Of a DNA stretch of 64,000 bases, positions 27,101 to 40,600 are shown in pieces. The stretch's first letter is position 1; the number at the start of each line of letters is the position of its first letter. The DNA is from Eledone cirrhosa (Eukaryota). Position numbers and translations under genes: made by a program. The notes beneath the pieces were generated by a model. It had not been told where the DNA came from, did no database searches, and worked only from the letters and a program-made list of their open reading frames with translations. The stretch covers positions 1,054,001-1,118,000 of the forward strand of contig OZ024749.1 of assembly GCA_964016885.1 (NCBI GenBank), in the 5' to 3' direction.

Positions 27101-27471
27101 AAAGAAGAGAGATGTTATACACCGACAGAAATATGTGTTTGTTCTCATGGAGCGCCCCTTAACCCTCTTGGCAGCAAACTGCCTGAAACCCCGCCTGCTT
27201 CTATGGCACAAAACTGTTCATTTTAAAGCATTTGTATTTATCTAAAATCTTTCCAACATATTTCTATGTCAAAAGTTCTGTTAAGTTACAAACAACTGCT
27301 TAATCCATTTGATACCAAACCCCCTCATTAGTTTTATGTAAGAACATTTGTTATGTTATGTTCCAAACATCAACTTCGTGATAAAAGAGTTGTATTACTA
27401 AATCCCTTGAAATTCTTGATTATTTTCAAAATTAATTGAAAACCGCAGGCAGTGTCTTTCATTAGAAACAA

Positions 27472-28640
27472 TTAACAGGTGTTCCACATGTTATGTGAGG
27501 CGGGTTAACAGGAACTCCACATATTATGTGAGGTTTGGGTTAACAGGAGCTCCACATGTTATGTGAGGTGGGTTAACAGGAGCTCCACATGTTATGTGAG
27601 GTTTGGGTGAACAGGAACTCCACATGTTATGTGAGGTTTGGGTGAACAGGAGCTCCACATGTTATGTGAGGTGGGTTAACAGGAGCTCCACATGTGAGGT
27701 TTGGGTGAACAGGAACTCCACATGTTATGTGAGGTTTGGGTGAACAGGAGCTCCACATGTTATGTGAGGTTTGGGTGAACAGGAGCTCCACATGTTATGT
27801 GAGGTTTGGGTGAACAGGAGCTCCACATGTTATGTGAGGTTTGGGTGAACAGGAGCTCCACATGTTATGTGAGGTTTGGGTGAACAGGAGCTCCACATGT
27901 TATGTGAGGTGGGTTAACAGGAGCTCCACATGTTATGTGAAGTGGGTTAACAGGAGCTCCACATGTTATGTGAGGTGGGTTAACAGGAGCTCCACATGTG
28001 AGGTTTGGGTGAACAGGAGCTCCACATGTTATGTGAGGTTTGGGTGAACAGGAACTCCACATGTTATGCGAGGTTTGGATGAACAGGAACTCCACATGTT
28101 ATGTGAGGTGGGTGAACAGGAACTTCACATGTTATGTGAGGTGGGTTAACAGGAGCTCCACATGTTATGTGAGGTTTGGGTGAACAGGAGCTCCACATGT
28201 TATGTGAGGTGGGTTAACAGGAGCTCCACATGTTATGAGGTTTGGGTGAACAGGAGCTCCACATGTTATGTGAAGTGGGTTAACAGGAGCTCCACATGTT
28301 ATGTGAGATTTGGGTTAACAGGAGCTCCACATGTTATGTGAGGTTTGGGTGAACAGGAGCTCCACATGTTATGTGAGGTTTGGGTGAACAGGAGCTCCAC
28401 ATGTTCTGTGAGATTTGGGTGAACAGGAGCTCCACATGTTCTGTGAGGTGGGTTAACAGGAGCTCCACATGTTATGAGGTTTGGGTGAACAGGAGCTCCA
28501 CATGTTATGTGAGGTGGGTTAACAGGAGCTCCACATGTTATGAGGTTTGGGTGAACAGGAGCTCCACATGTTATGAGGTTTGGGTGAACAGGAGCTCCAC
28601 ATGTTATGTGAGGTGGGTTAAGAGTAGCTCCATTATGTGA
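27472..28640. repeat. Minisatellite, 35-40 bp unit AACAGGAGCTCCACATGTTATGTGAGG(TT)TGGGT(G/T), ~30 copies
   Basis: Direct tandem repetition with length variants. Confidence 0.97.
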
Positions 28641-28869
28641 AGCTTGGAATTAATAGGGGCTTCTATGTGAAAATTGAGTTCACAGGGTCTTAACTTGTTA
28701 TTGTACACCAACACGAAAAGGGGAAGCTTCACAAGGGGCTAGAATGTGTAAAAGACAAACACACTATGTTATATAACGAAGCTATTGAGTTATACTTTGC
28801 AATATTTGTTCCAGCTCTCTGATTTCAAAACCTGATGAATGAGAAAAATGCATGTGAGGTAAAGAGCCC

Positions 28870-29980
28870 GCCCACAAGCACATCCAACAAAAGGTCCAGC
28901 TGTACAAATATGTAGCAGCCTAGTGAGTAAGATAATTAAGAAGATGAAGACGGGTAAAGCAGCTGGACCATCAGGAATAGTTGCTGAGATGTTGAAAGCA
29001 TCTGGGACAATAGGGCACACCCTAACTATCCTTGTCGTAAACCAAATAATACAGAATGGTGTCATTCCCAGTGATTGGAATAGCAGCAGCATCGTCAGGT
29101 GTTACAAGTGTAAAGGGGATGCCCAATAGAGAAGTAACTACAGAGGCATCAAACTGATTGACCAGGTCATGAAAGTTACAGAAAGAGTCATAGCACAACT
29201 GATTAGAGATTGTGTACACCCAGATGCAGTTTGAATTTGTGTCGGGAAAAAGCACCACCGATGTCCTCTTTGTAAGGCAAATGCAGGAGAAGTACTTTGC
29301 TAAAAGCAAACCACTCTATCTAGCATCTGTAGACCTAGAGGAAGCTTTTGACAGAGTCCCTCGACCCATAATCTGAAAACAAGGGGTAGATGAGTGGCTT
29401 GTAAGAGCAGTACAAGCCATGTACAGGGGGGCACCAGCAAATCAACAATGAGTACAGTGAGGAATTCAGTGGAGATCCACCAGGAGTCCATCCTTAGCCC
29501 CTTCCTCTTCATTAAGGTAGAAACAATTATTGTCCTATTAGCTATAACAGAGGAATTTAAGACTGGTTGTCAATGGGAACTGTTATATGCTGATGACCTG
29601 ACTCTCTTAGCTGATTCTATGACAGAATTAAAGAAGAAATTTCAGACATGGCAGCACAACTTAGAAATAAAAGGCCTTAAAGTCAACCTGACTAAAACCA
29701 AAATCCTAGTCAGTAGAAAAGAAAACAGTAGTGTGCGTGAATGGTAAAGTGTAAATGAATTGAGAGCAAAACTGGACATAAGAGGGATCAAATGTGTGCA
29801 GGAGAAAAGACTGCAGTGGTATGGGCAAGTGATGTGCATGAAGGATGACAGCTATATAAAAAGGCGCAGGTCACTAGAGGTTGTAGGACAGCGTGGGATG
29901 AAATGATAAAGGCTGACCAGGCTCGGCTGAACCTCCCAATGGAGATGTCACAGGATTGAGATCTCTGGTGCTACAATGTA
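28870..29980 (+). mobile_element. Decayed RTE LINE RT fragment
   Basis: KAAGPSGIVAEMLKA, LLYADD. Confidence 0.85.
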
Positions 29981-30379
29981 CAACAAAAGATACATATTGA
30001 CAATCCAGCCCTGAACTGTGCTCATAATGGTACCACCAACTCCACACAATAAACATAGTTGACCACTCAGTAACATGGCTCCTTTATGAGTAAGGCTTGG
30101 CACGGCCAACTGGTCAAAACTCTCACATGGGATGACCACCTAGCTCCCAAATTATGGTTCCATATCTGCCAACTGATCAGATACTCCTCATAATGGTGCC
30201 ACCCAGGGCTCCACCATAAATAAGGCTTGGTGTGGCCAACTGGCCAGACCTCCCAATATATGCAAGGTACAGCACAGCCATCTGGCTAAATTTGTCTCAT
30301 GACGTGGACAACCCTACTAACCCATGCAAGCATGGAAAATGGATGTTAAACAGTGATGATGATTATATATATATATATA

Positions 30380-30686
30380 GAGGCACATGGCTTACTGGTT
30401 AGAGCATTGGCCTTGCAATCGAAAGGTTGTGAGTTCAATTCTCAGACCAGGTGATGTGTTGTTTCCTTGAGCAAGACACTTTATTTCACATTGCTCCAGT
30501 TTACTCAGCTGTAGAAATGAGATGATAGGGACTGGGGTCCATTTCATTCCACTGCAAAAAAGCACCCAGCACTCACTGTAAATGTGGTTGGTGTTAGGAA
30601 GGGCATCCAGCTGTAGAAATCAAGCCAGAATCAGTTCCCGTCCCACCCTTGCAAGCAGGGAAAAGTGAACGTAAAATGATGATGAT
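30380..30686 (+). mobile_element. SINE family B
   Basis: Near-identical to 12303-12642 with an internal deletion. Confidence 0.9.
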
Positions 30687-31312
30687 TTGTGTGAGTACAT
30701 GCAGCATTGGATTGATAATGTCTGAGTAGAGATATGTTTTAAAAGTTTGTTCCCAACAGCTAGGAAAATCTTCCTAAAATAACTACACAGTGAGCAAGTC
30801 GGTGCTAATTACAAAGACATCAGAAAAGGTATTTTTTGAAAATGTTTTCAGAGATTAGAAGGATAAAGAAAGAGATGCAGAATCTAGAGACTAATTATAT
30901 AAAAAAAACATTCTTTTATCTTATATTGATACAAATATTTCTGGGTGAGAGAGAAAGAGATGTTTAAGGAACAAAAAGAAAATAAGTTATTTTCAAAGCT
31001 ATTCATTGTTTTGTTCCTATTGAGGTGAAGGGAAATTATTTAGAAAATAATGTAAGAAGATAATTAGTTATGTTGGGTGATTGAGGTACAGTTCATTGCA
31101 TGTGTGTGTTTATTATTGGTTTCAGTCATGGGGCTGTGGCCAAGCTGGGGCACCACCTTCAACAGAATTAGTCAATCATATCGACCCCACCACTTATTTA
31201 ATTGATCACAGTTTGTTGATCTGCTAAGTTATGGGAGATAGACAAACAGCAATCACAGCCATGGATGTGTGTGTGTATTTATATATATATATATATAGAT
31301 ATATATAAAATC

Positions 31313-32378
31313 ATCATCATTTTACTTCCACTTTTCCCTGCTTGCAAGGGTGGGACGGGTCCTATTCAGCACAGCATCTCTCCACTTGTCACGGTCCTTC
31401 GTCATCTCCACCGTGAGCTTCAGCGATCTGAGGTCTGTTCTCACCACCTCCGCCCATGTTTTTCGCGGTCTACCTCTACCACGCCTTCCTTCAACTGGCA
31501 TTTCCTGGCACTTCTTCACCCATCGGTCATCCTCCATGCGCATCACATGTCCATACCACCGCAGTCTCCTCTCTCGCACACTACATTCTATTCCTCTCAG
31601 ACACAGTTTCTCTCTCAACACATCCATGCTGGGTCGTTCACGCACATTGACACTACACATCCAACGGAGCATGCTTGCCTCATTTCTCTCCAGCCATCGC
31701 ATATCCTCTGCAGTTGCTGCCCATGTCTCACTACCATGCAGCATCGCGCTCCTCACTCAGGCATCATATAACCGGCCTTTTGTACGCAGGGAGAAACCAT
31801 TCTTCGTCATCAGAGGAAGCAGCTCCCTAAACTTCTTCCAACCCGTCCTTATTCTAGATACTATGGCCTCGGAACACCCTCCTCCCATGCTAATCTGATC
31901 TCCTAGGTACCGGAAGCTATCAACCACTTCTATAGCACTCACCTGCATTTGAAAAATGCGTCTATCAATGCGACTTCTACTGCATACGTATTTCTCCCTA
32001 CCTGTTAGTTTGCCTGCTATCCCGCTACATCTCTTGTGTACTCAGGATCTGCATTGTGTGCATTTTATAGAATTTATGCCAGTTCCTTTTCTGCATATCG
32101 AACATGACCATTTTCCTGACGGAATCAGAGTTTTGTCCTCTTTTCTACTCATCAACACTTTTGTCTTAGCTAGGTTCACTCTCAGTCCTCTTGCTTCCAA
32201 CTGCTGTTTCCATAGCCAGAATTTATTCTCTAGCTCCTCTACTGATTCTGCTATAAGAACCAGATCGTCAGCATAGAGAAGTTCCCATGGGGAGCCAGTC
32301 TTAAACTCCTCTGTTATGGCTTGGAGGACTATAATGAACAAGAGCGGGCTGAGGACCGAACCCTGATGTACTCCTACT
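31313..32378 (-). mobile_element. Young RTE LINE 3' part
   Basis: [21 protein letters not shown]; near-identical to 42750-43845 in the opposite orientation. Confidence 0.93.
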
Positions 32379-33248
32379 TTCTGTGAGAGGGAGGCGGCAT
32401 TAAACTATATCTAATACAGCCTAACATGAACAGAACAAATTCATTTCTATATTATTACTTTAGAGAGAAAGTGAAGTTGTCCATCCCTCACCACCACTGA
32501 AAAAAAAAAAAATGGAATAAAGGCAATCCATAACATACATGGAAACAACAACAACAAGAATGATTACTTTTAATAAGATGAAGAATGGTCTCAATAATGG
32601 CCTGCATTTCGATGCATAATCAACCAAATTTTTGATAGAAAAAAGCCAAAGAAAAATTGAAAGAAGATTTTATAAAAGAAAATAGAGAATATATATGTAT
32701 GAATGTGTATGTAAGTAGCTTCAAACTCTGCTAAGAGTACATCAATCGCTTGTTAGGTTATAGAGTTTGGAGAACATTTAGGCTACGGCCAGTCTCACAA
32801 AATTGCATCATATCCTAAACAAGCAATGCCTGTGCTTTGAAGGTTTTTAAAGTGGGGAAAGACCTTGCATTCGACCAATCCCACTCTTTGAGCATCGGAA
32901 ACACTCCCCGAAAAGGAGAACTGGTCAACATCATCGAATGCTTCTGAAGCCGCAGGTTTATTTTCAGTCTTCCTCTCCTAGAAAGGCGTTGTGACAACAA
33001 CTAGGGACCTTTCACTCACAGGTGAAAAAAAAAAAAGTGCTATTTGGATGGCCGTTGACTCTGCTGAGTTCCTCCACCCTTTGTCGGTTCTTGTATTTCA
33101 TCCTGCAAGGTATCCAAATATCATCCTCCACACCAAGCTAGGTTGGAGGGGTTGCCGGTTTAGTCGCCGACGACCCGACCATGAGACAGGTTGTACTGGG
33201 TTACATATTACCAGTAGCACTTGAGAGTGACCTGACACATGTATATGT

Positions 33249-33314
<66 letters not shown>

Positions 33315-33317
<3 letters not shown>

Positions 33318-34985
33318 AAACTATAGAGGTATATATAGGAAAAAATAGAGGTATAAAGCTGATGGACCAGGTCATGAAAGTAACAGAAAGAGTTATAGCA
33401 CAGTTGATTAGGGACCAGGTGAAACTAGATGCGATGCAATTTGGGTTTGTACCAGGAAGAGGCACCACTGATGCCCTCTTCCTTGTGAGGCAGTTACAGG
33501 AAAAGTACCTAGCTAAAAGTAAGCCACTCTACCTGGCATTCGTCGATCTCGAGAAAGCCTTTGACAGAGTTCCACGTGCTATAATCTGGTGGGCTCTTAG
33601 AAAACTAGGAGTAGATGAATGGTTTGTGAAAGCTGTACAAGCCATGTAGAGGGGAGCAGTCAGCAAAGTTAGGATTAGCAATGAGTATAGCGAGGAATTT
33701 AGCATACAGGTTGGTGTCCACCAGGGCTCTGTTCTTAGCCCTCTCCTGTTCATCATAGTCCTGCAGGCAATAACGGAGGAGTTTAAGACTGGATGCCCAT
33801 GGGAACTCCTGTATGCAGATGACCTCGCACTTATAGCTGAATCTATGGTAGAACTAGAGAAGAAATTCCAAACTTGGAAGCAGGGACTAGAAAGAAATGG
33901 TCTCAAAGTCAACATGACAAAGACTAAGGTCCTTGTAAGTAGACGAGAAAACAGAACCCAGATCCCCTCAGTGAAATGGCATTGCTCAGTATGTAGGAAA
34001 GGTGTAAGTAGGAACTTCATTCTCTGCCCCAAATGCAAACAATGGGTACACAAGAGATGTAGCAGGATCTCAGGAAGCTTAATTAAGAATGTAGGCTTCA
34101 CATGTAGCAGCTGTGCTGGGACAGCAAGCAGCAAACAGCCACAGGAAACAAGTACCACCAATCTCTGGGAGGGCTCTGTAGAAACAGTAGACAGCTTCTG
34201 CTACCTAGGTGACCGAATTAGCAGCAGAGGTGGGTGTTCAGAAAGTACAATAACTAGGGTAAGAACGGGATGGAAGAAGTTTAGGGAACTACTACCACTG
34301 CTAGCTGCAAAAGGCTTCTCCCTCAGAATGAAAGGCAGACTGTATGATGCGTGTATCCGAACAGCACTGTTGCATGGTAGTGAAACCTGGGCGCTGAAGG
34401 TGGAAGACTTACGTAGATTAGAGAGAAACGAAGCCTGCATCCGATGGATGTGTAACAGTAACATATGTGAACGACAAAGCATAAATGAATTGAGAGACTG
34501 AGCATAAGAGGAATCAAATGCTGTGTGCAGGAGAGGCGGTTGCGCTGGTATGGACATGTGATGGGTATGAAGGATGACAGCTGCATAAAAAGGTGCAGAG
34601 CACTAGAAGTTGATGGAAACCGCGGAGTGGGGAGACCCAAGATGACCTGGGATGAGGTGATAAAAGCCGACCTTACCCAATTACACCTCTCCAAGGCAAT
34701 GACACACGACCGTGACCTCTGGCGTCACGCAGTAATACAGAGTACCCGACCTCTCATGGGTACAAGCTGAAGCATATAGACAATATGCCCCCACACCCCC
34801 CACCGCAAGGTAGTCGTGGAGGTGCCATGGCAAAAAAGCACCCAGCCCACACTGAAAAGTGGACGTGTAGGCACCACGAAAAAGCATCCAGCACTCACTG
34901 TAAATGAGGTTGGTGTTAGGAAGGGCATCCAGCTGTAGAAATCAAGCCAAATCAGTTCCTGTATGAGCAAGGCATGGTCAGCCGA
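33315..34985 (+). mobile_element. 5'-truncated RTE LINE with tail
   Basis: Long RT ORF pieces (33362-33649, 33845-34501, 34525-34770). Confidence 0.93.
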
Positions 34986-35046
34986 CATACATATATATAT
35001 ACATACATATATATATACATACATATATATATACATACATATATAT

Positions 35047-35079
<33 letters not shown>

Positions 35080-35177
35080 GGTAAGTTATTCCGGGTTGAA
35101 TTGGAGGTAACTATAGTAAGTAAGGTACTCAATACATAGCACAGTATAAAAGTTTTAATATGCGATTCTACAGGACT

Positions 35178-35227
35178 AGATTCCTGATGATTTCTAAAGA
35201 ATGAAACACTTCTAGTCCTGTAGAATC

Positions 35228-35228
<1 letters not shown>
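35178..35228 (+). ncRNA. Type I hammerhead ribozyme candidate in a ~150-bp microsatellite-flanked element
   Basis: AGATTC-CTGATGA-T.TTC(TAAA)GAA.T-GAAA-CA(CTTCTAGTCC)TG-TA^-GAATCT. Confidence 0.65.
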
Positions 35229-35279
<51 letters not shown>

Positions 35280-35443
35280 GTGTGTATATATATTATATAT
35301 ATAAATATATGTATGTATATATATATAAATATATGTATGTATATATATATAAATATATGTATGTATATATATATGTATGTATATATATATATATATAATA
35401 TATATGTATGTATATATGTATGTATATATATACATATATCTAT

Positions 35444-36052
35444 GTCAGGTCACCAGTTGGCGCTATTGGTAACATGTATCCCAGTACAACCTGCCTCATG
35501 GTCGGGTCGTTGGCGACTAAACTCGCAACCCCACCAAGGTTTCTTGATGAGGAGGGTGACTTTGGACATCCTGCAGGCCTAAAATCAAAACCTGTCAAAG
35601 GGCAAAGGAGATCTTAAGAGTCAATGGTCATCCAAAATCACCGGGAGAGATGACCCCATAGCCTTTGTCAAGGCAGAATTCTAGAAGGAAAACTCTGATA
35701 TAACACCTGCAACCCTGATGGTATCCAATGATGTTGACTTGTTGTTCTTTTTGGTAAATATAATCTTGGTTAAGAGAGTGGGACTGGTTTTGTGCAGTGC
35801 CTTTGCTCACTATAAAAGCTTCACGGCACAGGCATTGCTTTATATCTGGAGATCTCTCTGCACTTGTCGTCACATGGTACCATGGGCCTAGCACTATGTG
35901 TCAATAATTGTCACAAATGTAGTGTTTGTACCAGAGTTCTCAAGTAGCTGGCTGGACTAAAAAGTCACACTCGTTCAGCGCATCGGTAGGAGTTCTCCTA
36001 CATGGATATAAAGTAGTGGCCGTACTCGAAAACGAGTTGGCAGCCACCACCA
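35444..36052 (+). mobile_element. Probable decayed, internally deleted non-LTR element (structured 5' leader and short 3' tail)
   Basis: 5' ~135 nt homologous (inverted) to 33100-33237; 3' motif tggcc(a/g)tactcga..a.gag..ggcagc recurs at 19331-19366 and 36118-36152. Confidence 0.45.
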
Positions 36053-36149
36053 TGTATGTATATATATGTATGTATATATATGTTTGTATATATACATGTA
36101 TGTATATATATATATAATAGCTGCCGCTTCGTTATCGAGTATGGCCATT

Positions 36150-37372
36150 GCATGTCGTTTGAGCCCTCCTGCTGATCTACACTCTTTTCCACATGCTTGA
36201 CAAGTATGATGAGTAACATCTCCAACAGCAGCCTGGTACTCAACCACTGGTCTCACTTTATGACTGCGAAGATGACTTTCGAGTCCAGCTTTGCTTAGGC
36301 AGAGTCTCGCACAGACACTGCATGTCAGCACCATAGGAGGACCCTCACCATCTGGAAGTGCAACAGCAATGCCCTTCTTCACATCCCACTTTAGTTTCTC
36401 GTATGCGATTCGAGATGCCTCAAAGGCAACTTTTTCCTCATATACAGTCTTTCTCCATTTATTACGATCAGCAGCAACATTTTCCCATGTATCAGCAGAG
36501 ATGTTAGCGTCTTTCAAAGAGGCTTTTAAGGAATCCTTATACCTCTTTTTTGGTTTATGTGGAGTTTGTTTTCCTTTAACTAATTCTCCATAAAATAGTT
36601 GTTTTGGTTTTCTAGAATCCTTCATCCTGGCAAGATGACCACTCCAACGGAGTTGTTGCTTAAGCATAAGAGCTTCTATACTGTCACACAGAGAGCTTTC
36701 CAAAATCTCGATATTATGAATGTGGTCCCTCCAGTGAACGCCATGGATCCGTCTGAGACACATCTGATGGAAACGCTCCAGTTGCTTAAGGTGGTGTCGA
36801 TATGTGTCTCGCAGGCATAAAGAGAGCACACATGCCTTATACACCTTTACCTTTGTCTTCTTGCATATGTCTCGCCGACCCCCAGAGTCGCCTTTCTAGC
36901 TTTCTGAAAGCATCACTTGCTTTCCTAATCCTGAGTGGGATTTCATTATCAAGGTTGCTGTATCGATTGACAGTGCTTCCCAGGTAGACAAACTGATCAA
37001 CCACTCCAAGTCGTTTGCCATACACATAGATATTTGGTTCACTGTACTGCTGACCAGGGGCAAGTTGGTACATGATGACGGTTTTCTTCAGACTGACAGT
37101 CAATCCTAGGGCAGTGCAAGCATCAGAAAATGCATTCAAAATGTGCTGCATATCACTCTGTGTGCGCTACAAGATCGCAATCATCTGCATACAAGAGGTC
37201 TCTTATGATTGATGTAAATACTTTTGTTTTTGCAGCAAAGCGCCTGATGTTAAATATGCTGCCTGAGGTTCAATATCGGATGTAAACACCATGCCCGCAA
37301 TTCCTGAATGCAATACAGAAAACCATTGCGAAGTATATGGCAAACAGGGTCGGTGCTGGAATATTCCCATTT
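36150..37372 (-). mobile_element. RTE/BovB-like LINE fragment, inverted paralogue of 17705-18878
   Basis: ORFs 35975-36844 and 36837-37151 nearly identical in protein to 17883-19001. Confidence 0.93.
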
Positions 37373-37403
37373 CATAGGCTAATGATATACATATATATAT
37401 ATG

Positions 37404-37481
<78 letters not shown>

Positions 37482-37526
37482 CATACATTCATATATATAT
37501 GTATATATATATACATATATATATAC

Positions 37527-37559
<33 letters not shown>

Positions 37560-37601
37560 CATACATTCATATATATATGTATATATATATACATATATAT
37601 A

Positions 37602-40600
37602 TACATTATTGATAACCTGAAATTTTATTAATCTCCTATACAGTTGAGCAACTAATTCAGCATACGCCTCTAAAATGGAAAGGCACCAATTGGATATGTC
37701 GTTAAAAAACATACCTATTCAGGCAAAAAGGGAATATATTCTAGGTATGATACGAAGGACCAATGATTTTATTCGACGAATCAGATGGAAAACATTCCAT
37801 TTTGACAAAAGCCGTATAAACCAAACATCGGATCTTAACAAGGATATTTGGATTTAAATCTTACAAGGACCCACCCTCAAACCCACTTTTGGATGCATTT
37901 GAACAAGACCTAATGGATATGATCATGGAGATCAAATTTACAAAACGTAAGAACAATAAACTACAGAATGACATCACGGCACTGCTCAATAATCTAAAAA
38001 ACGCCAATGGAATTATTGTTAGAGCAGACAAAACATCAAACGTATATACCATGGATGTGGACACTTACAATAACTTCATCCGTAAGGAATTGCATAAAAA
38101 ATACAGGAAAACTAATGAAGCCACACTTAAAAACATCAACAACTCGGCATGTGATATTGTTAAAAAACTTTGTATTGACGATAGAACGCAACCCTTAACA
38201 CCAGCTATACCATCCTTCAACCTGAAGGACCACAAGGTAAACTTCGATACTAACCCTAATATTAGACTTATATGCCCCTCTAAATCTGATATAGGTAAAA
38301 TTAGCAAATATATACTAGACAGAATTATCCCCCAAGTTAAGGTTAAAGTAGAGATTAAACTATGGGGTAACACTCATGAAGCAATAAGATGGTTTAATAA
38401 CATTACTGATAAGAAAAAAATCAAAATTTATTCAGTTTGATATTGATGAATATTATTCCTCAATTTCACCTGATACTCTACATGAAGCTCTTTCGTTCGC
38501 TAAGGACAATTCCGACCTCACGGATGCTGAAATTAAAATTATTATGGAAGCGAGAAAAACTATAGTTAAATTCGATGATAGCTACTGGGTTCGCAAAGAT
38601 AGACCTTCTAATTTTGATATCACTATGGGTTCTAATGATTCGGCGGAAGTAACAGATCTTGTGGGAATTTACATCACCCACAGATTACAAGGAAAATTCA
38701 AGGATCTCCACGGTGGAATTTACCGTGACGATGCGCTCCTATTAGTTAAGCATATGAATAACCAGAATTTAGAAAGGATGCGTAAAAATATCAGAAAGCT
38801 TTTTAAGGAACTAGGATTAAATATTACATTTGAATATAACCTCAAAGAGGTCAATTTCCTTGATGTTACTTTCAATCTCAATACAGATACGATTAAACCG
38901 TTCCATAAACTAAATGAGAACCTTAAATATGTAAATACGAGTTCTAACCATCCACTCTCTATAATTAAATCCATCCCTAGAAATGTTTCTCTTAGGATCT
39001 CCCGCCTATCGTCCAACCAACAAACCTTCAAAGAACATGCCGAGTATTATGATGATGCACTTAGGAAAGCCGGTCACCTAGATAATATAGAGTATATAGT
39101 CAAAGATCAGCAAAACACCCAAAATAAATCACATAGGAGTAGAAATAGCACAGAATCACCACCATACATACACTACCGCAATAGACAATAATAGTCGCAC
39201 ACCACCAAACAGAAGGCGATGTAAGGAGTATATCTGGTACAACCCGGTCTATAACAACTCTATTAAAACCAATCTACCCTCAAAATTCTTTCGATTAGTT
39301 AGAAAACACTTTCCAACATCACATAAATATAATAAAATCTTAAACCCTAACACTATTCGACTTTCATATTCAACCGCCCCTAATATTGAACAACATATAA
39401 AAAAGCTTAACGCAAAACGGTTGTATAAACGCCTTCCAACACATAACAATACACGTAAAACATTAGCTATAACATCACAAAACAACAAACAACATCCTGT
39501 CCTACATAAGCAACCTCATCAACCCATCCATGGCAATACAACAACGCAAAATTATAATTGCAACTGTGTCCGTTGAACAATCAGTGTCTTGAACGCAACA
39601 TCGTATACAAATGTACTATCGAATCGGATAGACAGAAGTGGTACTATGTGGGATCTACAGCCACCTCCTTCAAATCACGCCTTTATAGACATCGTTATTC
39701 GATTAAACATGAAAACCAGCGTTATGTAACAACACTCGCAGACAAGGCTTGGCAGCTGCGTGAAAATAACCAACAATTTCACCTAAAATGGGATATAATA
39801 GCGTCTGCCCCCCCATATCCCCATGGACAAGAATTTTGTAAATTATGTAATGTAGAATTATTTTGTATTATGAAATCCAAAAACATTTTATTAAATAACA
39901 GAATAGAGCGATCGTTATACTGTAACCATCGCTTAAAATCTACATTTTCATATTATAAATACTACCAGGATTGAACGCCTGTCTCTATCCCCGTTTGATT
40001 GTCAAAATAGATATGAACATTCTTTATTAGTCTTAATTCTATCAACTCTTCTATTATTTACCTTTTAATACAAACTGCTATAGATAAAATGAGATTTCTG
40101 ATTTCTTGATTCAATTCCCTAATGCATATACCAGCTGGCTACTAGCATTGATGTTATTTAGTAGCAATCGAAATCTCCCCCTTCCCCAATTGACACTTTA
40201 TAATTAATACTACTGCACCAAATGACCAGCCCTGTCCACTGTCCAGTTGGTCAAGTAGAGATTAAAATTGGCACTCCCAAAATTCTTATTTAGATTTACT
40301 CATAGTATTCTCATTAAAAACCCATTATATACTTGTTTAGCAGTAAATTATTTTACCATCTGTCATATACTATCCCCTCTGTTCCTTCCTCTTTTACTAA
40401 TATAAATACTTCAATTTTTCTGATTTTATCCAGTTTATCCAAAATCTCTGAAGAAGTGACAACTGATTATACATTTGCTATCGAATACTTGCTAACATTA
40501 TATGATTACGCAAGCAGCGATACATAGGTATTCGGTCTGTTACAGAAACATATGTCAATACCTAATAAATTCCTTTTTTAACAAAAGCACTTTCATTTTA

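Noticed and set aside
27472-28640. CRISPR-like appearance of 30-40 bp repeats (also 600-945, 5477-5703, 60491-64000)
   Set aside because: Units are head-to-tail with no unique spacers, no cas genes, eukaryotic context: ordinary minisatellites.
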